From Heptranchias perlo (lineage: Eukaryota), in contig NW_027139591.1 in NCBI RefSeq assembly GCF_035084215.1, forward strand, positions 1 to 64,000: DNA of 64,000 bases. The letters are read 5' to 3'. Made by a program: the position numbers and the translations under genes. Below are positions 26,521-38,159 of the stretch, piece by piece; the first letter of the stretch is position 1; the number at the start of each line of letters is the position of its first letter. The notes below the pieces were generated by a model. It was not told the origin of the DNA and ran no database searches. It saw nothing but the letters and a program-made list of their open reading frames with translations.

Positions 26521-27328
26521 TAATATGGGAAAATGTGAAGTCATCCACTTTGGGAGGAAAAATAAAAAAGCAAAATATTATTTGAATGGAGAAATAATAC
26601 AAAATGCTGCGGTACAGAGGGATCTGGGTGTCCTCCTACATGAAACACAAAAAGTCAACATACAGGTGCAGCAGGTAATCCGGAAGGCAAACGGAGTATT
26701 GGCCTTTATTTCTAGGGGGATGGAGTATAAAAGCAGGGAAGTCATGCTACAACTGTACAGGGTGCTGGTGAGACCACACCTGGAGTACTGCGTACAGTTC
26801 TGGTGACCTTATTTAAGGAAGGACATACTTGCATTGGAGGCAGTTCAGAGAAGGTTCACGAGGTTGATTCCGGGTATGGAAGGGTTGTCTTATGAGGAAA
26901 GATTGAACAGGTTGGGTCTATACTCATTGGAGTTTAGAAGAATGAGAGGAGATCTTATGAAAAATACAAGATTCTGAGGGGACTCGATAGGGTAGATGCT
27001 GAGAGGACGTTACCCCTCATGGGGGAATCTAAAACTAGGGGGCACAGTCTCAGAATAAGGGGTTGCCCGTTTAAGATGGAAATGAGGAGGAATTTCTTCT
27101 CCCAGAGGGTTGTGAATCTTTGGAATTCTTTATCCCAAAAAGCTGTGGAGTCATTGAATACATTCAAGGCTGAGTTAGACAAATTTTTGATCAGCAAGGA
27201 TATGGGGAAAGGGCGGGAAAGTGGAGTTGAGGTAAAAATCAGATCAGCCATGATCTCATTGAATGGCGGAGCAGGCTCGAGGGGCTGAATGGCCTATTCC
27301 TGCTGCTATCTCTTATGGTCTTATGGTC
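26521..27328 (+). mobile_element. CR1 3' fragment
   Basis: GKCEVIHFGRKN...LYRVLVRPHLEYCVQFW...FFSQRVVNLWNSL; tail (tcttatgg)2. Confidence 0.92.
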
Positions 27329-27416
27329 TAACCAGGCTCAGCATTAGCCGTTTCCACTTTGAGTTACTTATGATTAACGTCATTTTTGAGACTGGTTTCT
27401 GTCTGTGATCCTGCAG

Positions 27417-27677
27417 ATTTCCACATCCTCGCATTTTACTACATACTGAGCCGTGGCGGGGCCGAGATGCCCGAGTACAGCTTGGTCGCGATGCTCGATG
27501 ACTATGAGATAGTGTATTTCGACAGCACCCTGCAGCGGACTGTGCCCAGACAGCAGTGGATGGCCGACTCCTTCGACAACCATCACTGGGACGCCATCGC
27601 CATCACAATGGCGGGGTTCCATGGTCTGGTCAGAGGAAACGCCGAGATATTTTACCGACAGCAACACGGTGCCTCGA
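27417..27677 (+). CDS. MHC class I-like heavy chain, alpha1 exon (nonclassical)
   Basis: ctgcag/ acceptor and /gtgagt donor; 261 bp, phase 1-1. xFHILAFYYILSRGGAEMPEYSLVAMLDDYEIVYFDSTLQRTVPRQQWMADSFDNHHWDAIAITMAGFHGLVRGNAEIFYRQQHGAS has the class I alpha1 motifs H-x-L, PE, LDD..I.YFDS, PR..WM and WD. Confidence 0.93.
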
Positions 27678-27739
27678 GTGAGTATCCTCACAGAGCCGGT
27701 GCAGCTATCGACTGACAGGAGGAAAGGATTTGTATCCAT

Positions 27740-30340
27740 ATAGAGCCTTATCCTGTCTCGGAGAAATGTCCCGAACCACTTTACACCCATTAAATGACTT
27801 GGGATGACCTGGTCATTGGCACTATCTGGGAGTAACATGGCAGACATTTTCAGCACAGCAAATGGCAATGAGATGATTGATTTGTTCATCTGTTTTTATT
27901 GGTGTGGATTGAGGGAGAAATGGGAGCAATTGGTTCTTTTTATGTTCATTTGAACAGGAAGACGGGGCCTCGATTTAACGTCTCATCTGAAGGACGGCAT
28001 CTCCGACAGTGCATCACTCCCTCAGTACTGCCCCTCCGACAATACATCACTCCCTCAGTACTGCCCCTCCGACAATGCATCACTCCCTCAGTACTGCCCC
28101 TCCGACAATGCATCACTCCCTCAGTACTGCCTCTCCGACAATGCATCACTCCCTCAGCACTGACCCTCCGACAATGCATCACTCCCTCAGTACTGCCTCT
28201 CCGACAATGCATCACTCCCTCAGTACTGCCCCTCCGACAATGCATCACTCCCTCAGTACTGCCTCTCCGACAATGCATCACTCGCTCAGTACTGCCCCTC
28301 CGACAATGCATCACTCCCTCAGTATTGCCTCTCCGACAATGCATCACTCCCTCAGTACTGCTCCTCCGACAATGCATCACTCCCTCAGTATTGCCTCTCC
28401 GACAATGCATCACTCCCTCAGTATTGCCTCTCCGACAATGCATCACTCCCTCAGTACTGCCTCTCCGACAATGCATCACTCCCTCAGTATTGCCTCTCCG
28501 ACAATGCATCACTCCCTCAGTACTGCCTCTCCGACAATGCATCACTCCCTCCGTACTGCCTCTCCGACAATGCATCACTCCCTCAGTATTGCCTCTCCGT
28601 CAGTGCAGCACTCCCTCAGTACTGCCCCTCCGTCAGTGCAGCACTCCCTCAGTACTGCCCCTCCGACAGTGCATCACTCCCTCAGTACTGCCTCTCGGAC
28701 AGTGCATCACTCCCTCAGTACTGCACCTCCGACAGTGCATCACTCCCTCAGTACTGCCTCTCTGACAGTGCATCACTCCCTCAGTACTGCCCCTCCGACA
28801 ATACATCACTCCCTCAGTACTGCCCCCCGACAGTGCAGCACTCCCTCAGTACTGCCTCTCTGACAGTGCATCACTCCCTCAGTACTGCCCCTCCGACAGT
28901 GCAGCGCTCCCTCAGTACTGCCCCTCCGACAGTGCAGCGCTCCCTCAGTACTGCCCCTCCGACAGTGCAGCACTCCCTCAGTACTGCCTCTACGTCAGTG
29001 CAGCGCTCCCTCAGTACTGCCCCTCCGACAGTGCAGCACTCCCTCAGTACTGCCCCTCCGTCAGTGCAGCTCTCCCTCAGTACTGACCCTCCGACAGTGC
29101 AGCTCTCCCTCAGTACTGACCCTCCGACAGTGCATCACTCCCTCAGGACTGCCCCAACGTCAGTGCAGCTCTCCCTCAGTACTGCCCCGACGTCAGTGCA
29201 GCTCTCCCTCAGTACTGACCCTCTGAAAGTGCATCACTCCCTCAGTACTGCCCCTCCAACAGTGCATCACTCCCTCAGTACTGCCTCTCTGACAGTGCAT
29301 CACTCCCTCAGTACTGCCCCTCCGACAATACATCACTCCCTCAGTACTGCCCCCCGACAGTGCAGCACTCCCTCAGTACTGCCTCTCTGACAGTGCATCA
29401 CTCCCTCAGTACTGCCTCTCCGACAGTGCATCACTCCCTCAGTACTGCCCCTCCGACAGTGCAGCGCTCCCTCAGTACTGCCCCTCCGACAGTGCAGCGC
29501 TCCCTCAGTACTGCCTCTCCGACAGTGCAGCGCTCCCTCAGTACTGCCCCTCCGACAGTGCAGCACTCCCTCAGTACTGCCTCTCCGACAGTGCAGCGCT
29601 CCCTCAGTACTGCCCCTCCGACAGTGCAGCACTCCCTCAGTTCTGCCTCTCCGACAGTGCAGCGCTCCCTCAGTACTGCCCCTCCGACAGTGCAGCACTC
29701 CCTCAGTACTGCCTCTCCGACAGTGCAGCGCTCCCTCAGTACTGCCCCTCCGACAGTGCATCACTCCCTCAGTACTGCCCCCCCGACAGTGCAGCGCTCC
29801 CTCAGTACTGCCCCTCCGACAGTGCAGCACTCCCTCAGTACTGCCTCTCCGACAGTGCAGCGCTCCCTCAGTACTGCCCCTCCGACAGTGCATCACTCCC
29901 TCAGTACTGCCCCTCCGACAGTGCAGCGCTCCCTCAGTACTGCCCCTCCGACAGTGCAGCGCTCCCTCAGTACTGCCCCTCCGACATTGCGGCGCTCCCT
30001 CAGTACTGCCCCTCCGACAGTGCATCACTCCCTCAGTACTGCCCCTCCGACAGTGCAGCGCTCCCTCAGTACTGCCCCTCCGACATTGCGGCGCTCCCTC
30101 AGTACTGCCTCTCCGACAGTGCAGCACTCCCTCAGTACTGCCCCTCCGACAGTGCAGCACTCCCTCAGTACTGCCCCTCCGACAGTGCAGCACTCCCTCA
30201 GTACTGCCCCTCCGACGGTGCAGCACTCCCTCAGTACTGCCCCTCCGACAGTGCAGCACTCCCTCAGTACTGCACTGGAGTGTCAGCCCGGATTATGCGC
30301 TCAAATCTCTGGAGTGGGGCCTGAAACCACGACCTTCTTA
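27740..30340 (-). mobile_element. Deu-domain tRNA-SINE with an internal 33-bp tandem expansion (28000-30270, ~68 copies)
   Basis: Head remnant near 30300-30340; Deu-like segment (rc of gggcctcgatttaacgtctcatctgaaggacggcatc) at 27965-28000; unit CTCCGACAGTGCAGCACTCCCTCAGTACTGCCC. Confidence 0.85.
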
Positions 30341-31190
30341 CTCTCACCTCTGGTTCAGAAGGTTGTGGGTTCAAGACCCACTCCAGAGACTGGAGCACAA
30401 AATCTCGGCTGGCACTCCCAGTGCAGCACTGAGGGAGGGGCAGCACTGTGGGAGGGGCAGCACTGAGGGAGGGGCAGCACTGAGGGAGGGGCAGCACTGA
30501 GGGAGGGGCAGCACTGAGGGAGGGGCAGCACTGTGGGAGGGGCAGCACTGTGGGAGGGGCAGCACTGAGGGAGGGGCAGCACTGAGGGAGGGGCAGCACT
30601 GTGGGAGGGGCAGCACTGAGGGAGGGGCAGCACTGAGGGAGGGGCAGGACTGAGGGTGGGGCATCACTGTGGGAGGGGCAGCACTGTGGGAGGGGCAGCA
30701 CTGTGGGAGGGGCAGCACTGAGGGAGGGGCAGCACTGAGGGAGGGGCAGCACTGAGGGAGCGCAGCACTGTGGGAGGGGCAGCACTGAGGGAGGGGCAGC
30801 ACTGAGGGAGCGCAGCACTGAGGGAGGGGCAGCACTGTGGGAGGGGCAGCACTGTGGGAGGGGCAGCACTGAGGGAGGGGCAGCACTGTGGGAGGGGCAG
30901 CACTGTGGGAGGGGCAGCACTGTGGGAGGGGCAGCACTGAGGGAGGGGCAGCACTGTGGGAGGGGCAGCACTGTGGGAGGGGCAGCACTGTGGGAGGGGC
31001 AGCACTGAGGGAGGGGCAGCACTGTGGGAGGGGCAGCACTGAGGGAGGGGCAGCACTGAGGGAGGGGCAGCACTGAGGGAGGGGCAGCACTGTGGGAGGG
31101 GCAGCACTGTGGGAGGGGCAGCACTGTGGGAGGGGCAGCACTGAGGGAGGGGCAGCACTGAGGGAGGGGCAGCACTGAGGGATTTGATGT
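30341..31190 (+). mobile_element. Second Deu-SINE head with a 17-bp tandem expansion (CAGCACTGAGGGAGGGG, ~45 copies)
   Basis: B-box-like ggttcaagaccc then ccagagactggagcacaaaatct; array at 30420-31180. Confidence 0.8.
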
Positions 31191-31639
31191 GAGCACCTTG
31201 AACGTTGGAATGAAATCATCGCTGCCACTTGTTTCTCCTCTTCTAAAGCTGCGTTGCCAGGGTTACTAACAAACAGATGAAATCAGGACAGGCGGGTCCA
31301 TCAAGCCTGTCCTGTCTTGGCACGGTGAAACAACACACACACACACACCATCAGCACCCTCTCCCTCCCACAGTCACACAATCTCCTGGGAGAGGCCAAC
31401 GAAAGAGGATGAAACTGAGGCCAAGTTAGGAAAGCAAACACTCTGGGAGATTCCTCTGCGACCCCCCCCCCCAGGGAATCGAGGAAGGTGCAGGAGACCA
31501 CAGTGTCTGATATCACTGGTCCCCATTAACCCCACACACCTCCTATAACTCGAGATACTTTCTATTGGTCGCCAGTCCCCTTTCCAACACTTGCAGTCCA
31601 CCCACACACACTGTGCATGCAGGCAACTTGTTCATCGAA

Positions 31640-33000
31640 TCACAGAAAGGTTACAGCACGGAAGGAGGCCATTCGGCCCATCGAGTCCGTGCTGGCTCTA
31701 TGCAAGAGCAATCCAGCTAGTCCCTCTCCCCTGCCCTATCCCTGTAGCCCTGCAAATTTTTTCCTTTCATTACTTATCCAGTTCCCTTTTGAAGTCCACG
31801 ATTGAATCTGCCTCCACCATCCCCTCGGGCCGTGCATTCCAGATCCTAACCACTCGCTGTGTAAAAAAGTTTTTCCTCAAGTCACCTTTGGCTCTTTTGC
31901 CAATCACCGTAAATCTATGACTTCTGGTTTTTAACCCTTCCATCAATGGGAATAGTTTCTTCATGATTTTAAACACCTCGATCAAATCTCCTCGCAACCG
32001 TCTCTGTTCCAAGGAGAACAACCCGAGCTTCTCCAGTCTATCCACATAACTAAAGTCCCTCATCCCTGGAATCATTCTGGTAAATCAATTCTGCACCCTC
32101 TCCAAGGCCTTCACATCCTTCCTAAAGTGCGGTGCCCAGAACTGGACACAATACTCCAGTTGTGGCCGAACCAGTGTTTTATAAAGGTTCATCATGACTT
32201 CCATACTTTTGTACTCTATGCCTCTATTTAAAAAGCCCAGGATCCAGGATGTTTTTTTAACCGCTTTCTGAACCTGCCCTGCTACCTTGAATGATTTGTG
32301 CACATGTACACCCAGATCTCTCTGTTCCTGTACCCTTTTAGAGTTGTGCCCTCTAGTTTATATTGCCTCTCCTCGTTCTTCCTACCAAAATGTATCACTT
32401 CGCATTTTAAGTACAGCTAGCTTTTCAAGTACCTCTTCTATATCAATTTTTAGCCCATCCAGTATCTTAACTGTATCTTCCTTTACTGAGACTCTGGCAG
32501 CATCTTCTTCCTTGGTAAAAATAGATGCAAAGTGATCATTTAGTACTTTGGCCATCTCCTCTGCCTCCATGAGTAGATCTCCTTTATGGTCCCTAATCGG
32601 CCCCACCCCTCCTCTTACTACCTGTTTACTGTTTCGATGCCTATAGAAGACTTTTGGATTCCCTTTTATGTTGGCCGCCAGTCTGTTCTCAGACTCTCTC
32701 TTTGCCCCTCTTATTTCCTTTTTCACTTCCCCTCTGAACTTTCTATATTCTGCCTGGTCCTCACTTGTATTATCAACCTGACATCTGTCATATGCTCCTT
32801 TTTTCTGTTTCATCTTACTCTCTATCTCTTTTGTCATCCAGGGAGCTCTGGCTTTAGTTGCCCGACCTTTCCCCCTCGTGGAGACTGTACCCGAACCATC
32901 TCCTCCTTAAAGGCCGCCCGCTGTTCAATTGCAGTTTTGCCTGACAATCTTTGATTCCGATTTACCCGGGACCAGATCTGTTCTCATCCCACTGAAATTC
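31640..33000 (-). mobile_element. CR1 fragment with internal deletion
   Basis: NIKGNPKVFYR..VGPIRD; YKTLVRPQLEYCVQFWAPH; LGLFSLEQRRLRGDLIEVFKI. Confidence 0.9.
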
Positions 33001-33104
33001 CAGAGATCGATGACTCTCTGTGACAATCTAACCTATTGCTAAGGTTAAAGTCCAAGACAGCAGGACATAAATGGAACCTCAACGTAACACAGCTGCTTAG
33101 GAGC

Positions 33105-33612
33105 ATCGAAAGAGGAAGAGGCCATTCAGCCCCTCGAGCCTGCTCCACCATTCATTTATATCATGGCTAATCTGCACCGTAACTCCATTTTCCAGCCTTT
33201 GCTTCCTATCCATCGATACCCTTACCTAACAAAAATTTAACAATCTCAGTCTTGAAAGCTCCAATGGGCCCCCAGCATCCCACAGCCTTTTGGGGGAGAG
33301 AGTTCCTGATTCCCACTCCCCTTTGTGTGATAAAGTGCTTCCTGATTTCACTCCTAAATGGCCTGGCTCTAAATCTAAGATCTTGATTCCCCCACCTGAG
33401 GAAATAGTCCCTCTGGAATTCCCTCCCTAAACCTCTCCACCTCTCTCTCCTCCTTTAAGATGCTCCTTCAAACCTACCTCTTTGTCCAAGCTTTTGGTCA
33501 CCTGTCCTAATATCTCCTTATGTGGCTCAGTGTCAAATTTTGTTTGTCAAGTGCCTTGTGATGTTTTACTCCGTGAAAGGCGCTATATAAATGCAAGTTG
33601 TTGTTGTTGTAT
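33105..33612. mobile_element. CR1 3' tail (minus, 33105-33410) abutting an L2 3' end (plus, 33410-33612) with a (TTG)n tail
   Basis: Similar to 17900-18200 and to 16340-16540 respectively. Confidence 0.75.
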
Positions 33613-33665
33613 GTACCCGATCGAACCCTTTTCACATTTTCAATTGACTTGAGTTGTTTTTCCAG

Positions 33666-33941
33666 GTGTTTTCTTTGTCCAGGGAATGTGTGGCTGCGAA
33701 CTGAACAGCGACAATTCCACAGAGGGGTTTATAAAGTTTGGATATGACGGGGAGGACGCGTATGTTTTTGACAAGGACAGATTGAGTTGGATTGCGGTGA
33801 ATCCAGAGTTCCAGACTTTAGCAGACCGGTGGAATGCGAACACCTTCATGAACAAATACTTCAAGACCCTGTTGGAAAAGGACTGTGTGAAGTGGCTGCT
33901 GATATACCTTCGGGCTGGGCGAGAAGCACTACAGAGGAAAG
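33666..33941 (+). CDS. MHC class I-like heavy chain, alpha2 exon
   Basis: tttttccag/ acceptor and /gtacct donor; 276 bp, phase 1-1. SVFFVQGMCGCELNSDNSTEGFIKFGYDGEDAYVFDKDRLSWIAVNPEFQTLADRWNANTFMNKYFKTLLEKDCVKWLLIYLRAGREALQRK has C101/C164, GYDGED, W133, W147, W167 and Y171. Confidence 0.96.
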
Positions 33942-33984
33942 GTACCTCGAGCGAGCGGGAACTGGAGGTGCTGGACAGGCAAAG

Positions 33985-34230
33985 TTTATATTCCCAGTCT
34001 GCACCTGGCCTCAGTACCCCTTGGGGTGGGTGGGGTCGGGATGGGGGAGATAATCGGGCAGGTGACCTAAATCCGATGACCTACTCAGTCTCCCCGGCTG
34101 GAAAGCCCGTGCGTGTTGACATCGGGTGAGAACGGGGTTCAACTAAGTTGTAATACCCCCATGGTTGAATAGTGTCCTGGTCCTCACTGTGAAGGCTCAC
34201 TCGTGAACACTGGGTGCTTGTGTGCGTTAC
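33985..34230 (+). mobile_element. Degenerate LF-SINE-like fragment
   Basis: ggcctcagtaccccttggg...gctggaaag...gacatcgggtgagaac...catggttgaatag resembles the LF-SINE body as recalled; not database-checked. Confidence 0.45.
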
Positions 34231-34548
34231 CGGAACGTGACCCGTTACATGGAATTTACAACACAGAAACAGGCCATTCGGCCCAACAGGTCTATGCCAG
34301 TGTTATTGCTGCACCCTCCCTCCTTCATCTCCCCCGATCAGCATATCCTTCTATTCCTTTCTCCCTCATGTGTTTATCCAGCTTCCCCTTAAAGGCATCT
34401 GTGCTATTCGCCTCAACCACTCCCTGTGAGAGCGAGCTCCACATTCAAACCACTCTCTGAGTTTCTCCTGAATTCCCCATTGGATTTATTAGTGACTCTC
34501 TTATATTTATGGCCCCTCGTTCAGGCCTCTGCCACAAGTGGAAACATC

Positions 34549-36207
34549 GGGGGAAAAATTTGGATGTGGCCGTTTTTGGGCGGGGGCAGCGCGATGTGCT
34601 TTACCCCGTGTCCAATGGTCCCGGCGCAGGCAGGATGCAAGTTTCGACCCACCCGAGGACCGACCTGCGATCAGCGTTCCATCCCAGGCCTTGCACCTGG
34701 AATCAATGCAATTCACACTTTCCACCACCAGAGGGAGGGCAATCTCTTAAAGGGAGGATGTTTGTTGGAAATCTCTTAAAGGTAGCTGGTACCTGTTATT
34801 TGCTGAAAATAACAGTCTGCACGGAGTCTGAACGGAGATCAGACATAGCACATGTAAAACACGATGCAGGTCCCATCCCTATGTTTACACACTGATGAGT
34901 TATGTTAAAACATTGAATAAAGGTTGCGCAATACTAAATCCCACATCCTCCAATCTGCACAACAGACCTCACCAATCTGCCGATCTGAGTTGGTACCAGG
35001 CCTGTGAGAGTACGTGCACCAAGGTTCTCTGCTGATGCACTAGAGGCCTTGGTGCAAGAGGTGGACAGAAGGAGGGACATCCTATATCCACAGTGGGGGG
35101 AAGGGAGGGGGGGGGGCAGAGACCCTCCAGACATATACTCAAAAGCCAGTGGGAGGCAACGGGGGACGAAGTCAATGCCAGGCTCACAGCATCATGAACA
35201 TGGATGCAGTGCAGGAAGAAGTTCAATGCTTTGACATGAGTGGTCAAGGTGAGTGAGGTCAACTGTCAAGTGGTGTCTCCAAACAACTGCTCCACACACT
35301 ACACCCCCATCACCCACATACCAACAAACTCTTTCCATCAGTACTCAACTCTTCCCATCAGATGCTTCCTCTCACCCTTACACATTACCACTGTTTCAAG
35401 CCGCCCACCCACAACTCACAGGCCACACGCACTGGCAGCTATTCAACCATGACAGGCACATCACCCAGACACAGAAGGTGGCGCATATCAAGAGGCAGCA
35501 AGTGGCAGTGACATTCAGCCCCTCGAGCCTGTTCCACCATTCAATGAGATCATGGTGGACCTGTGACCTAACTCCATATACCCACCTTAGCCCCATATCC
35601 CTTAATACCCTTGGTTCACAGAAATCTATCAATCTCAGATTTAACATTCACAAGTGAGCTGGCATCAACTGCTGTCTGTAGAAGAGTGTTCCAAACATCT
35701 CCCACCCTTTGTGTGTAGAAGCATTTCCTAACTTAACACCTGCACATCCTGGCTCTAAATGTTTCGCGATGTCCCCGCGTCCTAGTATTCAAATGTAGGA
35801 GACCTCCGAAAACAGTTATGAATGTTTCGGCAGCCAGAAGCAATAATCCAGCCACTAACCTGTAAATCCTGCATGGTCCCTTTAAATAGAGCCGGTGGGG
35901 GGTCCTCCAGGAACTGTAAGACACGTTCAGATGGTCGGGGTTAAGATTATGCGTTGAGTTGAGCGTTAAGTCCCGAAATGGTGTCTGTCACTTTAAATCA
36001 GCGTTGCACACTGATTGAAGCCATTTTCTCCCTACTTTACATGATTCCAGTGTTCGTTATCTGCGCCTGCACTAACTCCTATACCAAGATGGCGTCTGGC
36101 GCACGTCACGCTGGAAATGTGCGTGCGCATCCAAGACGCCATCTTGGATGTCGGAGAGGCCGTCTAGCGCCGAAACAACGGGCGCTACACGGCCCTATTT
36201 AGCGCCC
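34549..36207 (+). mobile_element. Harbinger-type DNA transposon remnant carrying a decayed Myb/SANT-like exon, inserted in a CR1 tail
   Basis: RAPRFSADALEALVQEVDRRRDILYP...QWE...EVNA....TWMQCRKKFNAL at 35004-35250. GGG...CCC imperfect TIRs; ATC on both sides (34546-48 and 36208-10). The CR1 sequence resumes exactly across the insertion. Confidence 0.75.
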
Positions 36208-36418
36208 ATCTTCCCTACGTCTATCCTATCAAACCCTTTCATAATCTTAACGACCTCTATCAGGTGACCCCTCAGCTGAACTCCGGTGAACTCCAGCTGT
36301 CTCTCAGCATCAGTCATCTGCCTTCAGGCCGAGAAAATTGATGGTGGTGGGCGGGGAAGAAATGAAGGCAAAAGAAGAGAACTTGTCACCGATTGTACTC
36401 TTTGTTTAAATCTCTCAG

Positions 36419-36691
36419 TCGCCCCTGAGGTGTTTATTGGGAAGAGGAGTGACGGGGACAGAGTGCTAAGGGTCTCCTGCCTTGTGTCGGGGTTCTACCC
36501 CTGGGCCATCGAGGTGACTTGGTTGGGGAATGGCGAGGAGATCGCTGACATTGAATCCAGTGACGTGCTGCCCAACCAGGATATGACCTATCGGGTACTG
36601 AAAACGATCGAGCTGAGTGGAGACGACAGGAAGAGCTACTCCTGTCATATCGAGCACGCCAGCCTCCTGCGGGGGATCAACGTACCCTGGG
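36419..36691 (+). CDS. MHC class I-like heavy chain, alpha3 (Ig C1) exon
   Basis: tctctcag/ acceptor and /gtgagt donor; 273 bp, phase 1-1. VAPEVFI...VSCLVSGFYPWAIEVTW...VLPNQDMTY...YSCHIEHASL...VPW. Confidence 0.97.
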
Positions 36692-36719
36692 GTGAGTGGC
36701 AAATTGGGGGGGGGGGCTC

Positions 36720-38155
36720 AGGGTCTTTCCCTGTGTCTCGGGGGGGCCGCAGGGTACTTCCTGGAACTCTGGGTCCTTCCCCGATTCTCGGGAGGGCCGC
36801 AGGGCTTTTCCCCGTGTCTTGGGGGCCCACAGGGTCCTTCCCCATGCCTCTGGGTCATTCCCCGTGCCTCTGGGTCATTCCCCGTGCCTCTGGGTCATTC
36901 CCTGTGCCTCTGGGTCATTCCCTGTGCCTCTGGGTCATTCCCTGTGCCTCTGGATCATTCCCTGTGCCTCTGGGTCATTCCCCGTGCCTCTGGGTCCTTC
37001 CCCATGCCTCTGGGTCCTTCCCCATGCCTCTGGGTCATTCCCCATGCCTCTGGATCATTCCCCGTGCCTCTGGGTCATTCCCCGTGCCTCTGGGTCCTTC
37101 CCTGTGCCTCTGGGTCCTTCCCTGTGCCTCTGGGTCATTCCCCGTGCCTCTGGGTCATTCCCTGTGCCTCTGGGTCATTCCCTGTGCCTCTGCGTCCTTC
37201 CCTGTGCCTCTGGGTCATTCCCCGTGCCTCTGCGTCCTTCCCTGTGCCTCTGGGTCCTTCCCTGTGCCTCTGGGTCCTTCCCTGTGCCTCTGGGTCCTTC
37301 CCTGTGCCTCTGGGTCATTCCCTGTGCCTCTGGATCATTCCCCGTTCCTCTGCATCCTTCCTCCTGTCTCTGCATCCTTCCCTGTGCCTCTGGGTCATTC
37401 CCTGTGCCTCTGGGTCATTCCCTGTGCCTCTGGGTCATTCCATGTGCCTCTGGATCATTCCCTGTGCCTCTGGGTCATTCCCTGTGCCTCTGGGTCCCTC
37501 CCCGTGCCTCTGGGTCCCTCCCCGTGCCTCTGGGTCCCTCCCCGTGCCTCTGGGTCCTTCCCCGTGCCTCTGGGTCCTTCCCTGTGCCTCTGCATCCTTC
37601 CCTGTGCCTCTGGATCCTTCCCCGTGCCTCTGGGTCCTTCCCCGTGCCTCTCGGTCATTCCCTGTGCCTCTGCATCATTCCCCGTGTCTCAGGGTCCTTC
37701 CCCGTGCCTCTGGATCATTCCTCGTACCTCTGCATCCTTCCCTGTGCCTCTGGGTCCTTCCTCGTGCCTCTGGGTCCTTCCCCGTGCCTCTCGGTCATTC
37801 CCTGTGCCTCTGCATCCTTCCCTGTGCCTCTGGGTCCTTCCTCGTGCCTCTGGATCATTCCTCGTACCTCTGCATCCTTCCCTGTGCCTCTGGGTCCTTC
37901 CTCGTGCCTCTGGGTCCTTCCTCGTGCCTCTGGGTCCTTCCCTGTGTCTCAGGGTCATTCCCTGTGCCTCTGCATCCTTCCCTGTGCCTCTGGGTCATTG
38001 CCGTGCCTCAAGGTCCTTCCTTGTGTCTCTGCGTCCTTCCCCACTTCTCTGGATCCTCCCCTGTGACTCTAGATCATTCCCTGTGACTCGAGGTCATTCC
38101 CTGTGCCTCAAGGTCATTCCCTGTGCCGCAGGGTCCTTCCCCGTGTCTCTTCATC
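36720..38155. repeat. 20-bp minisatellite CCCTGTGCCTCTGGGTCATT (~65-70 copies) in the alpha3-TM intron
   Basis: Unit read directly; degenerate at both ends. Confidence 0.96.
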
Positions 38156-38159
38156 CTTC

